Assembly (NCBI GenBank): GCA_964035545.1
Contig: OZ037765.1
Location: 3,410,001-3,474,000 of the forward strand
Source: Bugula neritina
Lineage: Eukaryota; Animalia; Bryozoa
Reading direction: 5' to 3'
DNA length: 64,000 nucleotides
Position 1 is the stretch's first letter. Every line of letters begins with the position of its first letter. The translations under genes and the position numbers were made by a program. Positions 39,601 to 53,500 of this stretch are shown here, in pieces. Under the pieces are notes generated by a model that made no database searches, had not been told where the DNA came from, and worked only from the letters and a program-made list of their open reading frames with translations.

Positions 39601-40339
39601 ATTAATATGATCTAAAAGTATAGACTATAAGAAATAAAAATTTAAACTTACAAGTGAAGGTACAGACACAGTAAATATTCTCTCTTCTTCTGGTTTAAGA
39701 ATACCACTTTCTGTTATTATAACATCTCCAGGTGTTAATTTACTTCTTTCTATAATATGTGAAAATAAAGCAAAATCTGTAGTGAATTAACTAACTGACC
39801 TCAATACAACAACGGAATACATTTTAAAAAAGACATTAGTTTTATATATATGTTGTTGCTAGTCAAATAACCATACATAGCAATTGACCTGCGCAGAATA
39901 GAGAGCTGACTGTATAGACATCTTGTATTAACTCTTCACCATTATAATTCCTCACAGTAGATACTCTAGCATAGTGAGGTTGTTGTATATTCAGATTACT
40001 AATCACAGTCTCTCTGTAGTCTATAGAAACTAATTTAGAGCTTATTATTGTGTTGAAGTTGGAGTTGTCTGAACATTCTATTTTAAAATGTGTAGTTGTG
40101 AGCTCCTGATTGGGTACAGTAGCTGGAAATTCCCATGTAATTCTGATTTCTCCTAGTGACACATCTGTGTGAGAAGATACTGGGTCTCTAGACAGCTTCA
40201 GGATTTCTAATAAAAATAAACAGCATCAACACATATTAGTTATTCCTTTATTACAATTTACAGCAAATACCAAGTGTCCTATTAACATGGCTTTATTTAA
40301 ACAGTTAATAAATGGATAGTTTTGTAAACAATCTTATTT

Positions 40340-40386
<47 letters not shown>

Positions 40387-43246
40387 ATATAACTATATAA
40401 TAGTAATCATTTCTGACTTTTATTACATACTACTCTTGACGGTTGCAACACACTACTTATCACCAAGCTGGATGATAGTTCAAAATTTTAAGTCTGTATT
40501 TTTGGAAAATTGATCAAATTGATGATAGATGCTGTAAATTGTTGCAAAATAAATAACCAGCAAATATTCAAAAATATCTTCGCAAATATTAATATATACT
40601 AAACTCACAATTAAGCTTTAAACTTGATAGGAAGTCATCATTTAGAAAAAAAATTTTACGGACAATAACAAAAAATTAACCAGTTAGTTTGAGTACGAGT
40701 AAAATTTACACAAAAACATACCTAAAATAGCTAAAGTGTGTGCTTTGCTTGTAAACAACAATCTATAGATTATTGCACTATAAGTGTAATATAATCACCG
40801 GCTATGTAGGCTCTCAGTGCTACTTCTCTAGTTTGTGTGACAACATCTGAAGCTGTGAGTCTGTCTACTCTGTCTCTGCTATCGAAAGGCCTACGTATGT
40901 AAGCTGAAGGATCTTTAGTCCCACCTGGTCGAAATGAGACAAGGTTACCTTTACAACCAGAGTTAGTCAAGTCTTCTACATACAGAGCAAGAAAGTCTCC
41001 TTTTCTAACTACTTCTGCAGTGTTCTGTACAAACTGGAATCTGATTCCTCCTGTAGATACATCTTCAGGTGTGAGTAGAGTTTCTGTAATCAGATTGAAT
41101 ACAACAGAGTTATCTTCTCCTGTCTGTCTCCAGATAGCAGCATATGAGTCACAGTAGTCAGTATAATGACCAATCATATACTTCCAGCCAACTAAATATC
41201 CGTCTGCTTCTATGTTATAATTAAAGAGTAACATGAAAGCACCTCCAGCTGATCCATAATTTATTATCTTTGTGTTGGTTTTACTGTCAGAGTTATCTGA
41301 AAATAATAATATGTTATTCATAAAAAATAAAATATATCTTATTTATCAGATATAGTGCAAACAACTTTTAATATAGAAATTTACATTATTAGTTATGTCC
41401 CACTATAATTCAATCTAAATAAATGTGTTATATTGAAATGGTTATTAAACGCTGAGTTTATCTTCAAGTGTTAATCAACTTAGTAATTTGAAAGGCTTAT
41501 AGGACGCAAATTACAGTGTTTTGTTTCACTAGTTTAAGATATTAATGTTACCATGATACATATAGGATATATTTATACTATTTATATTAGGAGTTGTGCT
41601 CTCTAGAAAAGTGATGAGCTCAGTGTAATGTAATATTGTCTGATACATCTCTCTAGTTTGAAAAGTGTAAAAAGTATATTGAGAATGCATACCAAACCTG
41701 CTACAACATGTTTATTGGAGTACAGCCTTTTAAACCTGCCAGTATGTGCTTCTCTGTTACTTTGCATATAAAATAAGTATTAAGCAGTTCTTTGGTAATA
41801 CCATGCAATAGCTCCCAGCAAAGAATATGTGGATTTCGCACATTTCTTTAATAAATTCGTTTTTATAACTGCATAAATTGAACAAGTAGTAAACTAACCT
41901 CATTGTAGTTAAATTTTATCTTTTCCCAATATATCGTTTTTCTGCATATCATTAATTTATATTTTATATTTATATTTAATATATATTAAATGTGTCTTCT
42001 ACCAATAGCACAATGTTTGTCTGAACATATACTTTTCGAATACCAAAGTTCTAGCATGCTTTAATTCCATTTTATGTTTAATACTTCAGATCCCTATGAA
42101 TGCGCATAATACTTTAGCTATATAATTAAAAAAAGACAATATATTATATCTAGGTAAAGGTTTACATTGACTCGAATGACCCTAGCCTATGTTGACTGAC
42201 AAGGACGACAGTGGAATTATAGCTAATTTGTCTAGCAGAGAATTGACTATAAGCAATGCTGAACTTGCTTCCCGTAACCTTCATTTAACTTAAGGAAATG
42301 GTGAGACTCACCTGATTACTGCCGGAATGTAATGAACAAAATAATAAAACAAAGCAAAAACACAATGTGTGGATGTTGCAAAGGAGGGCTGAAAAAATTT
42401 CACAGAGATACCCAAATCAGTTCAGTAAGGGCGCTGGCAGACTATCAGAAGGTGATGCAGAAATAGAATATTATCTTGTGAAAACACATGATAACAAAAG
42501 CATTTACTGGAGAAGGAGTTATAAAAACATTGTTCAGTCAGCATAAAAAATGTAGTATAAGTCTCTGAGTTTCACTCATACCTGAATACCAGAGAGAGAG
42601 ATTAAAGTACTGAGAGTATGTATGTTTTTCTGGTGTCACTCTAGGATCATAAATACTCACCAGCACAGTTTGGTCTAACAGAGTATCTCTACTGACTATC
42701 AGAACTACTAATAGTGGCAGTCTGAGTATTCTCTGCTAACAGTTGACAGTTTCTATCATCAGTTCTGTAGCTTATTGAGGCACATATGAATGATGTCTGC
42801 TGCATACACTGAACTCTACACTCATCTTCACTGGATACATAGAGAGTCTTTATATTACCAGATGTTATGTAAAGATCTAGTCTACCCACACCTGATTTCC
42901 AGTCACAGGTTAATCCTGAAAATATGCATATGATGCTATTGCCATATTTTATTCAGGTTATATAATGTTAGCTGGAAAGTTTTACGACTTAATACTAACT
43001 TTGTAAAGCTTTTTAGAATAGCAAGAGTTTACTATGGGTTTATACATTTGAGAGCTTGTATTGCTATAATAATTGCATCAATGTGTACAATTTCTATGTA
43101 TATGCTACAAATAATGGTTATAAAAAACTTAATAGATTACATTATATAAACAATATTATATCTAACATACCTTGTACTGGTGCAGAGATAGACACAGTAA
43201 CTAGAAAGAACCACAAGTGAAAACACAAGTACAGTATTCTGTCCAT
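36682..43246 (-). pseudogene. Receptor copy 4, pseudogene
   Basis: Lesions: TGG>TAG in exon 2 (42689-42691); deletion of intron 2 and most of exon 3 (remnant ~42582-42642); AAA>TAA in exon 10 (37888-37890); 2-nt insertion giving TAG inside the TM (36951-36953). Exons: 43171-43246, 42661-42915, 40799-41296, 39889-40206, 39652-39749, 39134-39317, 38625-38737, 38153-38363, 37605-37988, 37239-37448, 36682-37012. Confidence 0.9.
40339..40379. repeat. (TA)n microsatellite in intron 4 of copy 4
   Basis: ~40 bp TA run. Confidence 0.9.
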
Positions 43247-45865
43247 GTTAACACTACTTAGTAATGTCCATACACTGAGGTAGTGCTTAGTAAAGTTATG
43301 CTTCTATACAAATAAATCACAATAGCCAGAGTATTTTACTATTAGCGGCTATACTATATATATGCATTGTACTTGAAAGAATACAAAGTCACATGACTGT
43401 ATTACAAGGAGGAAGTTGAAAAACTCTGTACAAATATTTCAACCAGTATTGTATAATAATAAGTATTCAATTTTTCACTCCCAATGCATTTTGTTATTTT
43501 GAAGGTTGTGTCCCCTGTACTAGGTAATAGAAGTTGCACTGATTCAATATATTGTTAAGATCACATAATAAAAGGATTGCTCCTTAATTCATTATAGATA
43601 AAGCTACTAGACATATACACCAGTCAGCAAGGGAGGTAATTAAGTAACATTAGTTCAGGATCAGGTTTAGGTGCAGATTAACTCCTAATATCAAAGAAAG
43701 CAAATAATCGAAGCATCCACTTTCACCTTTAAACAATTTTACTTCTATTTTTGCTGATTGAGGTAATTTGATAGAAAATGTCAAAATAAAGTTATACTGT
43801 CTAAAAATTCATTCCAATTTTCTAGCATTTGTATTTACATGCATGCATGTATGTAGTTAAACTATTGTGAATATAGCTATTAGGATAGTTGATTGCATAA
43901 AAATAAAAAGCAAGTTTAAGCTATCTTATAACATAATAACTTTTGAATAAGTAAATGTGAAAATTCAAAACAATATATATATATACCTATGGTTATGTTT
44001 CAACAAAGAATTTGAAGCACTATTTTTTAGAGCAGAAAAGTAGCACAAGCATAACGTTTGATTAAGAATTTCACTCACCTCCTTTAAGGTTTTTATGCAT
44101 GAAAACCACTTGTTGCTACAAAGCACTCAGCTGGCTTTGAATAATAAAAGCTGCCAAGCTTTTTTAGAGTTGTTAATTTTTGCAGCGTCTTGAGAATTGA
44201 ATTTTATTTCTTTGTCCTTGCTCTGTGGTCAGCTTTACATTGACCTTATGACTCTGCTGCCAGAAGTATAGCTGTCTTAATAGTCTACTTATGTGAATAA
44301 TTAAGACACATCTGTCTGTTTTGTTCTCTGTTTAAAATATGTTTTCTCTATAAACTGCAAAACTTAATATAAAACTTGCTCAAACGACATTCAACGTTTA
44401 ATATCTGCTAATAGCTTTGATGATTTTCTACATCTTTTGACTCCTATATATGGTATTTGTAAATTACTGAAAAAAAACTGTTTCATACTGAGTGTCTGGC
44501 AAAGTCGCACTCTAGTCACCATAATGCATTTATGTCTTCTGAATAATGATAATAATAATTTATGCAGTTCTGTTTATCAAAGTTATCAAAAGCAGGGCCA
44601 AAATATGATCAACAATGGAATAAGTCAAAATTTGTGCAACCTCAACAACTGTTACAGCTATCTGATTGCTAATTTCTAGCATAAATACGTTGTAGTGCTC
44701 TAATGCCAAATGCCAAAGTCATCTTTTATTACAATAAAAATACAAATACACCTCCCACAGACGTATTTTATAATTTTATATTTTAATTAGTTTTATTATA
44801 ATAATAATAGAAGTGCTTTACATAATATAGTTAATATCGGTAATATGAATAGTTGTGTAAACAGGCAGTTGGTATTGAATCATTTTTTGCAAGAAAAACA
44901 ATTTCTAAAGCATATTATAGAGCAACATATTACATTACAAATAAATTTAGTCAGAAATATTTTATTCATATTTTGTAATCTAAAAACTAGCAGCTAAAAT
45001 TATTATGACAAAATTTACTTTAATATAGACAAGAAAATTTAAACAAATCAAGCAGGAAGCATATTTCTATAAAACAGTGGAAGTGCAGATATGTAGTTTC
45101 AAGCAATTATAGTAAGTACCATATATAATAAAACATTTTCTAAAAGTTAGTTTAATCTAAATCAAGATTAATGGATTTCTTATTTTAATCCAACAGAGAC
45201 CTAAAGTTATTTCGTTATAAGATCATATAGGTTTAACACATTACTATTATAAAATGCATATTTAGGACAATAATTTTTAACATTTAACTTCTAGCATATT
45301 AAGAGCTTGGTAGGCAGTAAGAATTGTTTCTGAATTAAATGTGTTTCAAGCTTTGTTGCTGATTGTTGAAGTATTTTCATAACAGACTGGTTCCATTTGT
45401 TTAGTTACTTTCTCATAGACATGGTCATCTGATGTAGCCTGGGGACTTGTTATCTCATACTCAACACTTTGTACTGGTACGTCTCCTGTAACACCCTGAT
45501 TCTTAGAAGATGTAGGAGTCAGGCCCACTTCTTCATATTCAGGATTAGGCTGAGCTCTATTTGCTTTAGACTCAGTACCAGAAGATCTTCTCACAACCAT
45601 CAAAATAATAATCACTGCTTGTAAAATAATGATGAAGCTCATTGGAACACCAACTGCCACTCCAACCACCCAGTCTGTTGTAAAAACAAAAATATACCAA
45701 TTATTTCTATAAAATTTATGTGTAGGCTATAAATAAATATTGTTGAAAAAAGTTTTTTGTATGTGAAAATTCATTGAGCTAAAAGAATGCTGTTACACAT
45801 ATATTCAAAACCAAGACAATGGTTTGAATTTCAAGATGTCTAATATTTCACACTTTCCACTTTTG

Positions 45866-46183
45866 GTAGACAGAGACATACAGTAGAGTGGAACATACAG
45901 TAGACTAACACATACAGTAAACTAACACATACATTAGACTGGCACATGCAATAGACTGACACATGCAGTAGAGTGACACATACAGCAGATTGACACATGC
46001 AGTAAACTAACACATACAATAAACTAACACATAGATTAGACTGACACATGCAATAGACTGACACATGCAATAGACTGACACATACAGTAGACTGACACAT
46101 GCGGTAGACTGACACATACAGTAGATTGACACATACAGTAGATTGACACATACAGTAGACTGACACATGCAGTATAGCTGACA
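45866..46183. repeat. 17-bp minisatellite (GTAGACTGACACATACA)n, ~18 units, intron 11 of copy 5
   Basis: Direct tandem units without spacers, moderately degenerate. Confidence 0.93.
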
Positions 46184-49100
46184 TTACATTACAAAAATGG
46201 CTGATACATACGTTGAGTTGGTAGTTCACAGATAGGAGGTTTGTCAGACCATTCTCCTTTACCATCTACTAATTCGCATGTGATGATAGCAGGACCCTGT
46301 CTTGTATATCCTGCTTTACAGTTGTAAGACACAGCAGAACCCAAGTTCCAGGTTTTATCAACAACTGGTGTTTCAATATTTCCTACAGATTGTGGTGCTG
46401 AGCATGTGATTGGTTGAACCACTAAAATAAAAAAATTGGAGATTTTGCAAAATTTTGAAAATAAAAAAGAATAATTGTTTGAGCTAAAAAAGTATAGTTG
46501 CCGATTTTTAACTCACATCTTACAGACTCCGCACCAGGAATAGTGGTAAGTTTTAAAACATCATCTTCAGTCTTAGCCTTGAATCCAACAGCAATGCGAT
46601 ATGAGTATTGGTTGTCTAGAGGTCTGTTCCAGTATCCACCATATGTCTGGTTATCACCAACACTAAGTGAGGATGAGTAGTTGGTAACAGGAAATGATGC
46701 TGTTATATAAACAGTCACATTGTCTATGCTATCTACAGTAATGGATCTCTTTTTCCTGGATGACAACTTTTCAACAACAATAACCATGGAGTCATATCCT
46801 TTCAGAATATCACTAGATGAAGTGATTTTTGGTAGAGAAACTGTGATGGTTTCCTCTGATGGGATGACTACATTATCATTGCTGTATGTCAACATTGGCT
46901 CTAAAAAAGCAATTACATTGTTTATTTATATATAGCAAGAGGTAACTGAATATTCTTTGATTTGCCACGCTCTCTGAGCTTATATTTATTGCAAAGTTTT
47001 GTGAGTTGCAAGGTTTGAAGCTTCATGCCCGGAAATATTTTTAAAACAGTGTGAGTATATTAAATATTTACTTACTTTCAGGCTTAGTCCAGAACACAAC
47101 TTGTCTAGAACTTTCTCCAAAATCATTTTCAGACAGAAGAGCTTTAACTGTACAGTTGTATTCTACTTGACTATAGAGTTATTCTATAGTTAGAGAGGTG
47201 GTAGAAGAGTCAGATGTGTTATAGTAACTCACTGAGTTTACTGTCACACTATCAATAAAGGTGTTGTTGGTTGTGATGCAGGTAACCTGTATAGCCATTG
47301 ATTTTATATTAAAACAGTAAACTTCATTAACCTGTGTGCAAAAATAATTTTATGTTAGAATACGCCATCCTTAGACACAATTGCACTGAAAAGGGTAGGT
47401 TAATTTTTTCACTCTGGGCTAGTTTAAGGTGGGTTGGGAGATGTTAAAGGTATATACTACTGCTCAAGAAATGAATGATGACTTATCAGCGGACTTTTGC
47501 ATGATAATAAATAGGAGACCATATGTAAGTATATATATAGCAAGTTGAGTTGACATCAAAAACAAATTTTAAACATGTTCTCATATCCATGCACCTGATA
47601 CTGTTGAATAGAGTAGATCTTATCTGTATAATCTACTGGAGACCAGGAGATGGTAACTGAAGTAGAAGTTCTGATTTCAACTGTCAGTCCATCTGGTGAG
47701 TTGGGTGCTATAAAATAAAACATAGGATAAACAATTACTGTTGTCACTTTAGAATTATATTGGACTACAAGGTGTGTTTGGGCTGCAAAGGTTTCATATA
47801 CTAATATCAAGCATGCAAATTTCAGCTTTATCTGTAGGTATCCACTTCCACAACCACAGAGCATCCACAATTAATTGACAATAGTGTCTTTATATATAAA
47901 CATAAATCCGAATTGAAGATAATACTATATATTAGATGTAATTTCTGCATTGTAACCTAAATTCTATTACATGAAAAGAAAAGAAATAGTTGAAACTAAT
48001 AAAAACCTGTTAAGTTTTATGTTTTTAAAACACACACATACACACATATACATATATGCATATACATACACATATACATAATATGCACACCTATAAAAAT
48101 GCACATAGTATACTGAGCAAGAGCAAATTTGTTTTTACATGGCATTTAAAACATGTACTACCTTGTAACAACTTTTACTCACTTTTGCTAGTTGTGTATT
48201 CTTTCTGCCATATTATATTCTCATGTCCATCTAGTAGTTGTACTTTAATAGTCAGTTCAAAGGTCACACCTTGTTGTTTAGTGAAACTCCATGGACCTGT
48301 CTTTCTCTGACTCGATAATTGTCCACTTCCATAAGTTAATGTAACACTGGATACACAGTCATCAGCTTCCTGTTACAGTAAATACAAGGTACATTATATA
48401 TAATTGAAGATATAAGTTTTACCATTATGTTATGCTAAACCTATATGCTTTGATGAACAGCATAAAAATATAACAGTCTAAATTCATTGAGGTGTATCTT
48501 TGATTATAAATCTAATTGATCTACTTTGGTAACACTAAGAACAAGTTCAAAATTTATGCAAGTAAAACTTGCTAATTAGACTTCTATTTTATTACTTTAT
48601 TCACATTGTCTCAACTGCATATACTTTTAGAGTGTAAACAAAATGTCATAGTCTGGAGTCAATGTATGATCCAAAAGTCTAGATTGAGAAGAAAAACATA
48701 GACTTACAAGCAAAGGCACAAACACAGTAATCATTCTCTTTTCTTTTGGTTTCAGTATTCCCCTTTCTATTATGATAACATCTTCCGGTATTAATTTACC
48801 TCTTTCTACAGTATATATAAAACATTTCAAATAAATTTACTAAAAAAGGTGTACCTAACAGAAACAAATAGTTGAGATTCAAGAGAGATAGCTCCAACCT
48901 GCATAACATAGAATGTTGACTTTTAGACTGTGGACATACAGGTAACTTTTACTAATCTGCTAATTAAACCTAATTTGAATATCAACCAAACAGTTTACCT
49001 GCACAGAACAGAGAGCTGACTGTATAGACGTCTTGTATCAACTCTTCACCATTATAATTCCTCACAGTGGATACTCTAGCATAGTGAGGTTGTTGTATAT

Positions 49101-50088
49101 TCAGATTACTAATCACAGTATCTCTGTAGTCTATAGAAACTAATTTAGAGCTTATTATTGTGTTGAAGTTGGAGTTGTCTGAACATTCTATTTTAAAATG
49201 AGTAGTTGTGAGCTCCTGGTTGGGTGTAGTAGCTGGAAACTCCCATGTAACTCTGATTTCTTCTGGTGACACATCTGTGTGAGAAAATACTGGGTCTCCA
49301 GAAAGCTTTAGAATTTCTAAAAATTTTAAGAAAAAAAATTTAAAGCAGTACGCCCAAAATCACCCAACTATATTATAATGAGAATGAAGATAATACAACT
49401 TTATCCCTTTACAATTATAGCAAACTATACTAATTATAGCTTAATGAACATAAATGTTTTATATCAAATAATGGTTTATATAGATTCTTCAACGCTAATA
49501 AATATATAGTTTGCAGCCAAGATTTTAGACAAAGCTTGCATAACAGCTTTCAGGTTTCAAATGTGAACCTATAGAAAGTGCATCGCCGAAAGTATGCAAG
49601 TTTACACGAAAAACAAAAAAAGTAGTTTTATAACGCTGTTTTGTTAGTGCGTTAAACTAAGATTATATAACAGTAGTCTAATAAAACAGACAAAGTTTAT
49701 TTAGGCAAGGTTTTACGTATAACAAAATATTGTTATCGCCAGGACAGAATGTGATGTCATCATGTTGCAATAGTAGATGGTAATAAATAAATATATGATG
49801 AAGAATAGAGATGGTTTAATTTAATTACAAATGAATAGCTGAACTTGTAGAAACCAATTGAATGATGGTTAATATTCAAGCCGATATGTGAAAATTTACT
49901 ATCATAATTTTTGCTCAACTTATACTGTTGAAGGAATAAAATATTTTCACATCTCCTTTCCTTAGCTAAGCTGATAATATAACTTTACACTTTGAGAAAA
50001 AAAGAGTGCTTGCTTTTAAACATTTAGGTAAAAAATGGTTTCACCAATTTTGTGCGACTTTTAGTAAACTTAAAGTAAAATAATATAT

Positions 50089-50514
50089 GGATCATTTTAC
50101 TTAATTTAGTACACACTGGATATCTTCAGTTTTTAGCCATTTTGCACAATTTAGCTGATAATGAACATGGCTTTTTGCTCAAAACTAGTAAAGCACCAAT
50201 AAATATACCAAAACAATTAAGGTTCTTTTCAATTTTGCTTGATTTCTCATATTTTTTCTTATATATTTAGCTTATTAGGAGTGCGGACCGTTACGAAAAA
50301 AACCGTAACAGTCCGCAACCAAAATTAGCTGAATAATTGGGAAAAAACATGGGAAATGAAGCAAAATTAAAAAGAACTTTAATTTTTTAAGTGTATTTAT
50401 TGGTGTTTTACTAGTTTTGGCTAAAAAAACCCATGTCCATTAGCAGTTAAATTGTGAAAAATAGCTAAAAACTGAAGATATCCAGTGTGTACTAAATTAA
50501 GTAAAATATGACCC
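50089..50514. mobile_element. Foldback-type MITE, 426 bp, ATAT target duplication
   Basis: The whole element is an imperfect inverted repeat (arms ~210 bp, centre GCGGACCGTTACG-A7C-CGTAACAGTCCGC) with termini GGATCA...TGACCC, flanked by ATAT. Empty site TAATATATAAGG in copies 1 and 6. Confidence 0.9.
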
Positions 50515-53500
50515 ATATAAGGAAAGCTTTGAACCTGACGCCTGCAATTAAAAACATGCCTAGGATTTATTTTTGCAATATATTATATTTTGGTTGGTAG
50601 TCATTCTACAAGTTACAATGTAACAAAAAATTAAACAAGTAATTTATAAGCTACCAAGTATATAACAAATTATTCAACTTTGTACCACCATATTTACCTA
50701 TAATAGATAAAGTGAGATCAACAGTTGATGAGCAAAGTCAAATATTCAAATACTATATAATATATATACTTTATAGTTTTACTGGCTAAGAGAGAAAAAC
50801 TTACATTTAGTCACTGTCAAAACACATAATTGTAAAACTTTCTTCCCTCTCTCACTAGGATACGAACTTTATAGACCTTCGACTTGCTTAATCAGGAGCG
50901 CTAGCAAGTTACACATCACGGATTCCAAACAACAATAAAGTTCTGACTGTAAAATTGCACTTTCCACAAAACTATGCCATATATAAATATTCAGTTCATC
51001 AACATATTACTTATAGAGTTGTTATGGAACACCAAGTTTGCTATGGGAATGATTAGAGTTTTGGTTATGCGAATGTAGCTCGTAAGTGTAGGAGAAAAAT
51101 CGTTGACTTTCTAAACTTTCAGCATAAATAAAAAAGTTTAAACTCTACTTTGGCCTCACACATTTCTATATCACCCTTTCCCAACTGACGACACAAAATT
51201 TACTTCCAATTTCATACTAGTTGCGACTCAATCTCTATGCACATTTGCTGATTACAGATAATGAGCACAAGTAGCTGTAAGATCTAGCGAATAAAATATA
51301 CACCAAAATATACTTGAAATGGCCACAGATTGTGCTGTGCACTTGTTATTGGTCAATAATATATGGCTCATTGCACCAGTGTATGATAATCACCTGCTAT
51401 GTAGGCTCTCAGTGCTACTCCTCTATGTTCTTGTCTAACACTTGAAGACGTGAGTCTGTCTAATCTGTTTTTGTTATGATTAGCTGGATTACGTATATAA
51501 GCTTCAGGATCAACACCTGACAGACTTGGTCTAAATGAGACGAGGTTACCTTTACAACCAGAGCTACTCAAGTCTTCTACATACAGAGCAAGAAAGTCTC
51601 CTTTTCTAACTACTTCTGTAGAGTTCTGTACAAACTGGAATCTGATTCCTCCTGTAGATGCATATTCAGGTGTGAGTAGAGTTTCTGTAATCAGATTGAA
51701 TACAGAAAAGTTACCTTCTCCTGTCTGTCTCCAGATAGCAGCATATGAGTCACAGTAGTCAGTAGAACGACCAATCATATACTTCCAGCCAACTAAATAT
51801 CCGTCTGCTTCTATCTTGTAGTTGAAGAGTAACATGAAAGCATATCCAGCTGATCCATAATTTATTATCTTTGTGTTGGTTGCACTGTCAGAGTTATCTG
51901 AAAAACATAATATGTTATTCCTAAAATGGAATATCACCTTTATCAGGTATATAGTGCAAACCATTTTAATATAAAAATTTACATGCCTGATTATCAGGCT
52001 ATTTAATTATCTCATTACATCAAACCATACATTTTCCTATAAATGTGTTATAATAAAACATTTAGTATGCTGGGTTCATCCTTAAACGTGTAGCTCAATA
52101 ACTTTTTAGACTTAGAATTTTAAAGGTTTATAGCATGCAAATTGCAGTATGTTATTATATCAGTTTAATTCAATGTTACCATGGTACATAGGATATATTT
52201 ATGTTATATCTATTATGAGTTGTGCTCTCTAGAAAAGTGATGAACTCATTTCAGCTCAGCTGCACCTATACATTCACACTATAACCAGTGTAATGAAATA
52301 TTAATTTATATATATATCTCTGGTTTGAAAAAGTATATTGAGGATGCACGCAAAACCTGCAACAACATGTTCATTTGTGTCCAGCTTTTCAAACCTTCCA
52401 GCATGTGCTTTGCTGTCACTTTGCAACGAAGTATTACTGCATGTTCTTTCACAACAGCTTAGAGAAAGTGCATATTTTGCACATTTCTTTGATAAATGCT
52501 TTTTTATAACTTCATTATATACTGTGAAATTAATAAACTAATCTCATTTTAGTTGAATTTCACATTTTCTAATCTATTGTATTTTTGCATATCATTTCAT
52601 ATTTGCTGTAACGTATGTAGCAAATGTGCCTTCTGCCAATAGCACAATTTTTCTCTGTGCCTTCTATCTTAGCAATAGCGTACATTTTGTTCTCTATGCA
52701 CACATTTACTTTATAAATACTAAAGTTCTAGCATGTTTCAATTTTATTTTATGTTTAAAACTTCAGATCCCAGAATGCACATAATATATTATCTATATAT
52801 TAGAAAAAACCATATTTTATTTATGTAAAATGTTTACATTGAGCCAAATGACTCTGGCCTATAGTGACTGACAAAGACGTCAGTGGATTGATAGATAATT
52901 TGTCTATAGCAGACAACTGACTAGCAATGCTGAAGTTGCTTTCCATAACCTTCGTATAACTCAAGGTGATGGTGAAACTCACCTGAGTATACTGCTGGAT
53001 TGTAGTGAACAAAACAACAAAACAAAACAAAAACAAAATTGCCTGGTCGTTGCATAAGAAAGCTGAAAAGATTTCACAGAGATACCCAAATTAGTTCAGT
53101 ACACTACCTAAGGGAGCTGACAGACTATCAGAAGGTGATGGAATAGAATATTATCTTGTGGAAACACAATTGAAAACAAAAGTATTTACTGAAGAAGGAG
53201 GTATGAAAACATTTTTCAGTCAGCATAGAAAATGTACTGTATGCCTCTGCCTGGCATGTAATTTTTCATTTCATAACTAATAATGATGTTGTGCTCTGCC
53301 CACTTCCATTTTGACTGATAATGTTTTCTTTTTTACATTTTACATGCAAATCGTAATTAAGATAACATATATGCATTTGCACCCAATTTAATATTAATTA
53401 GACATTTTATAGTATTTAGAGAAATTTTGCTAACATTATTGACAAGGTTGCATATCATTGGTAAGTTTAGATTTGCAATAGCCTAAAATTGTTGTATACT

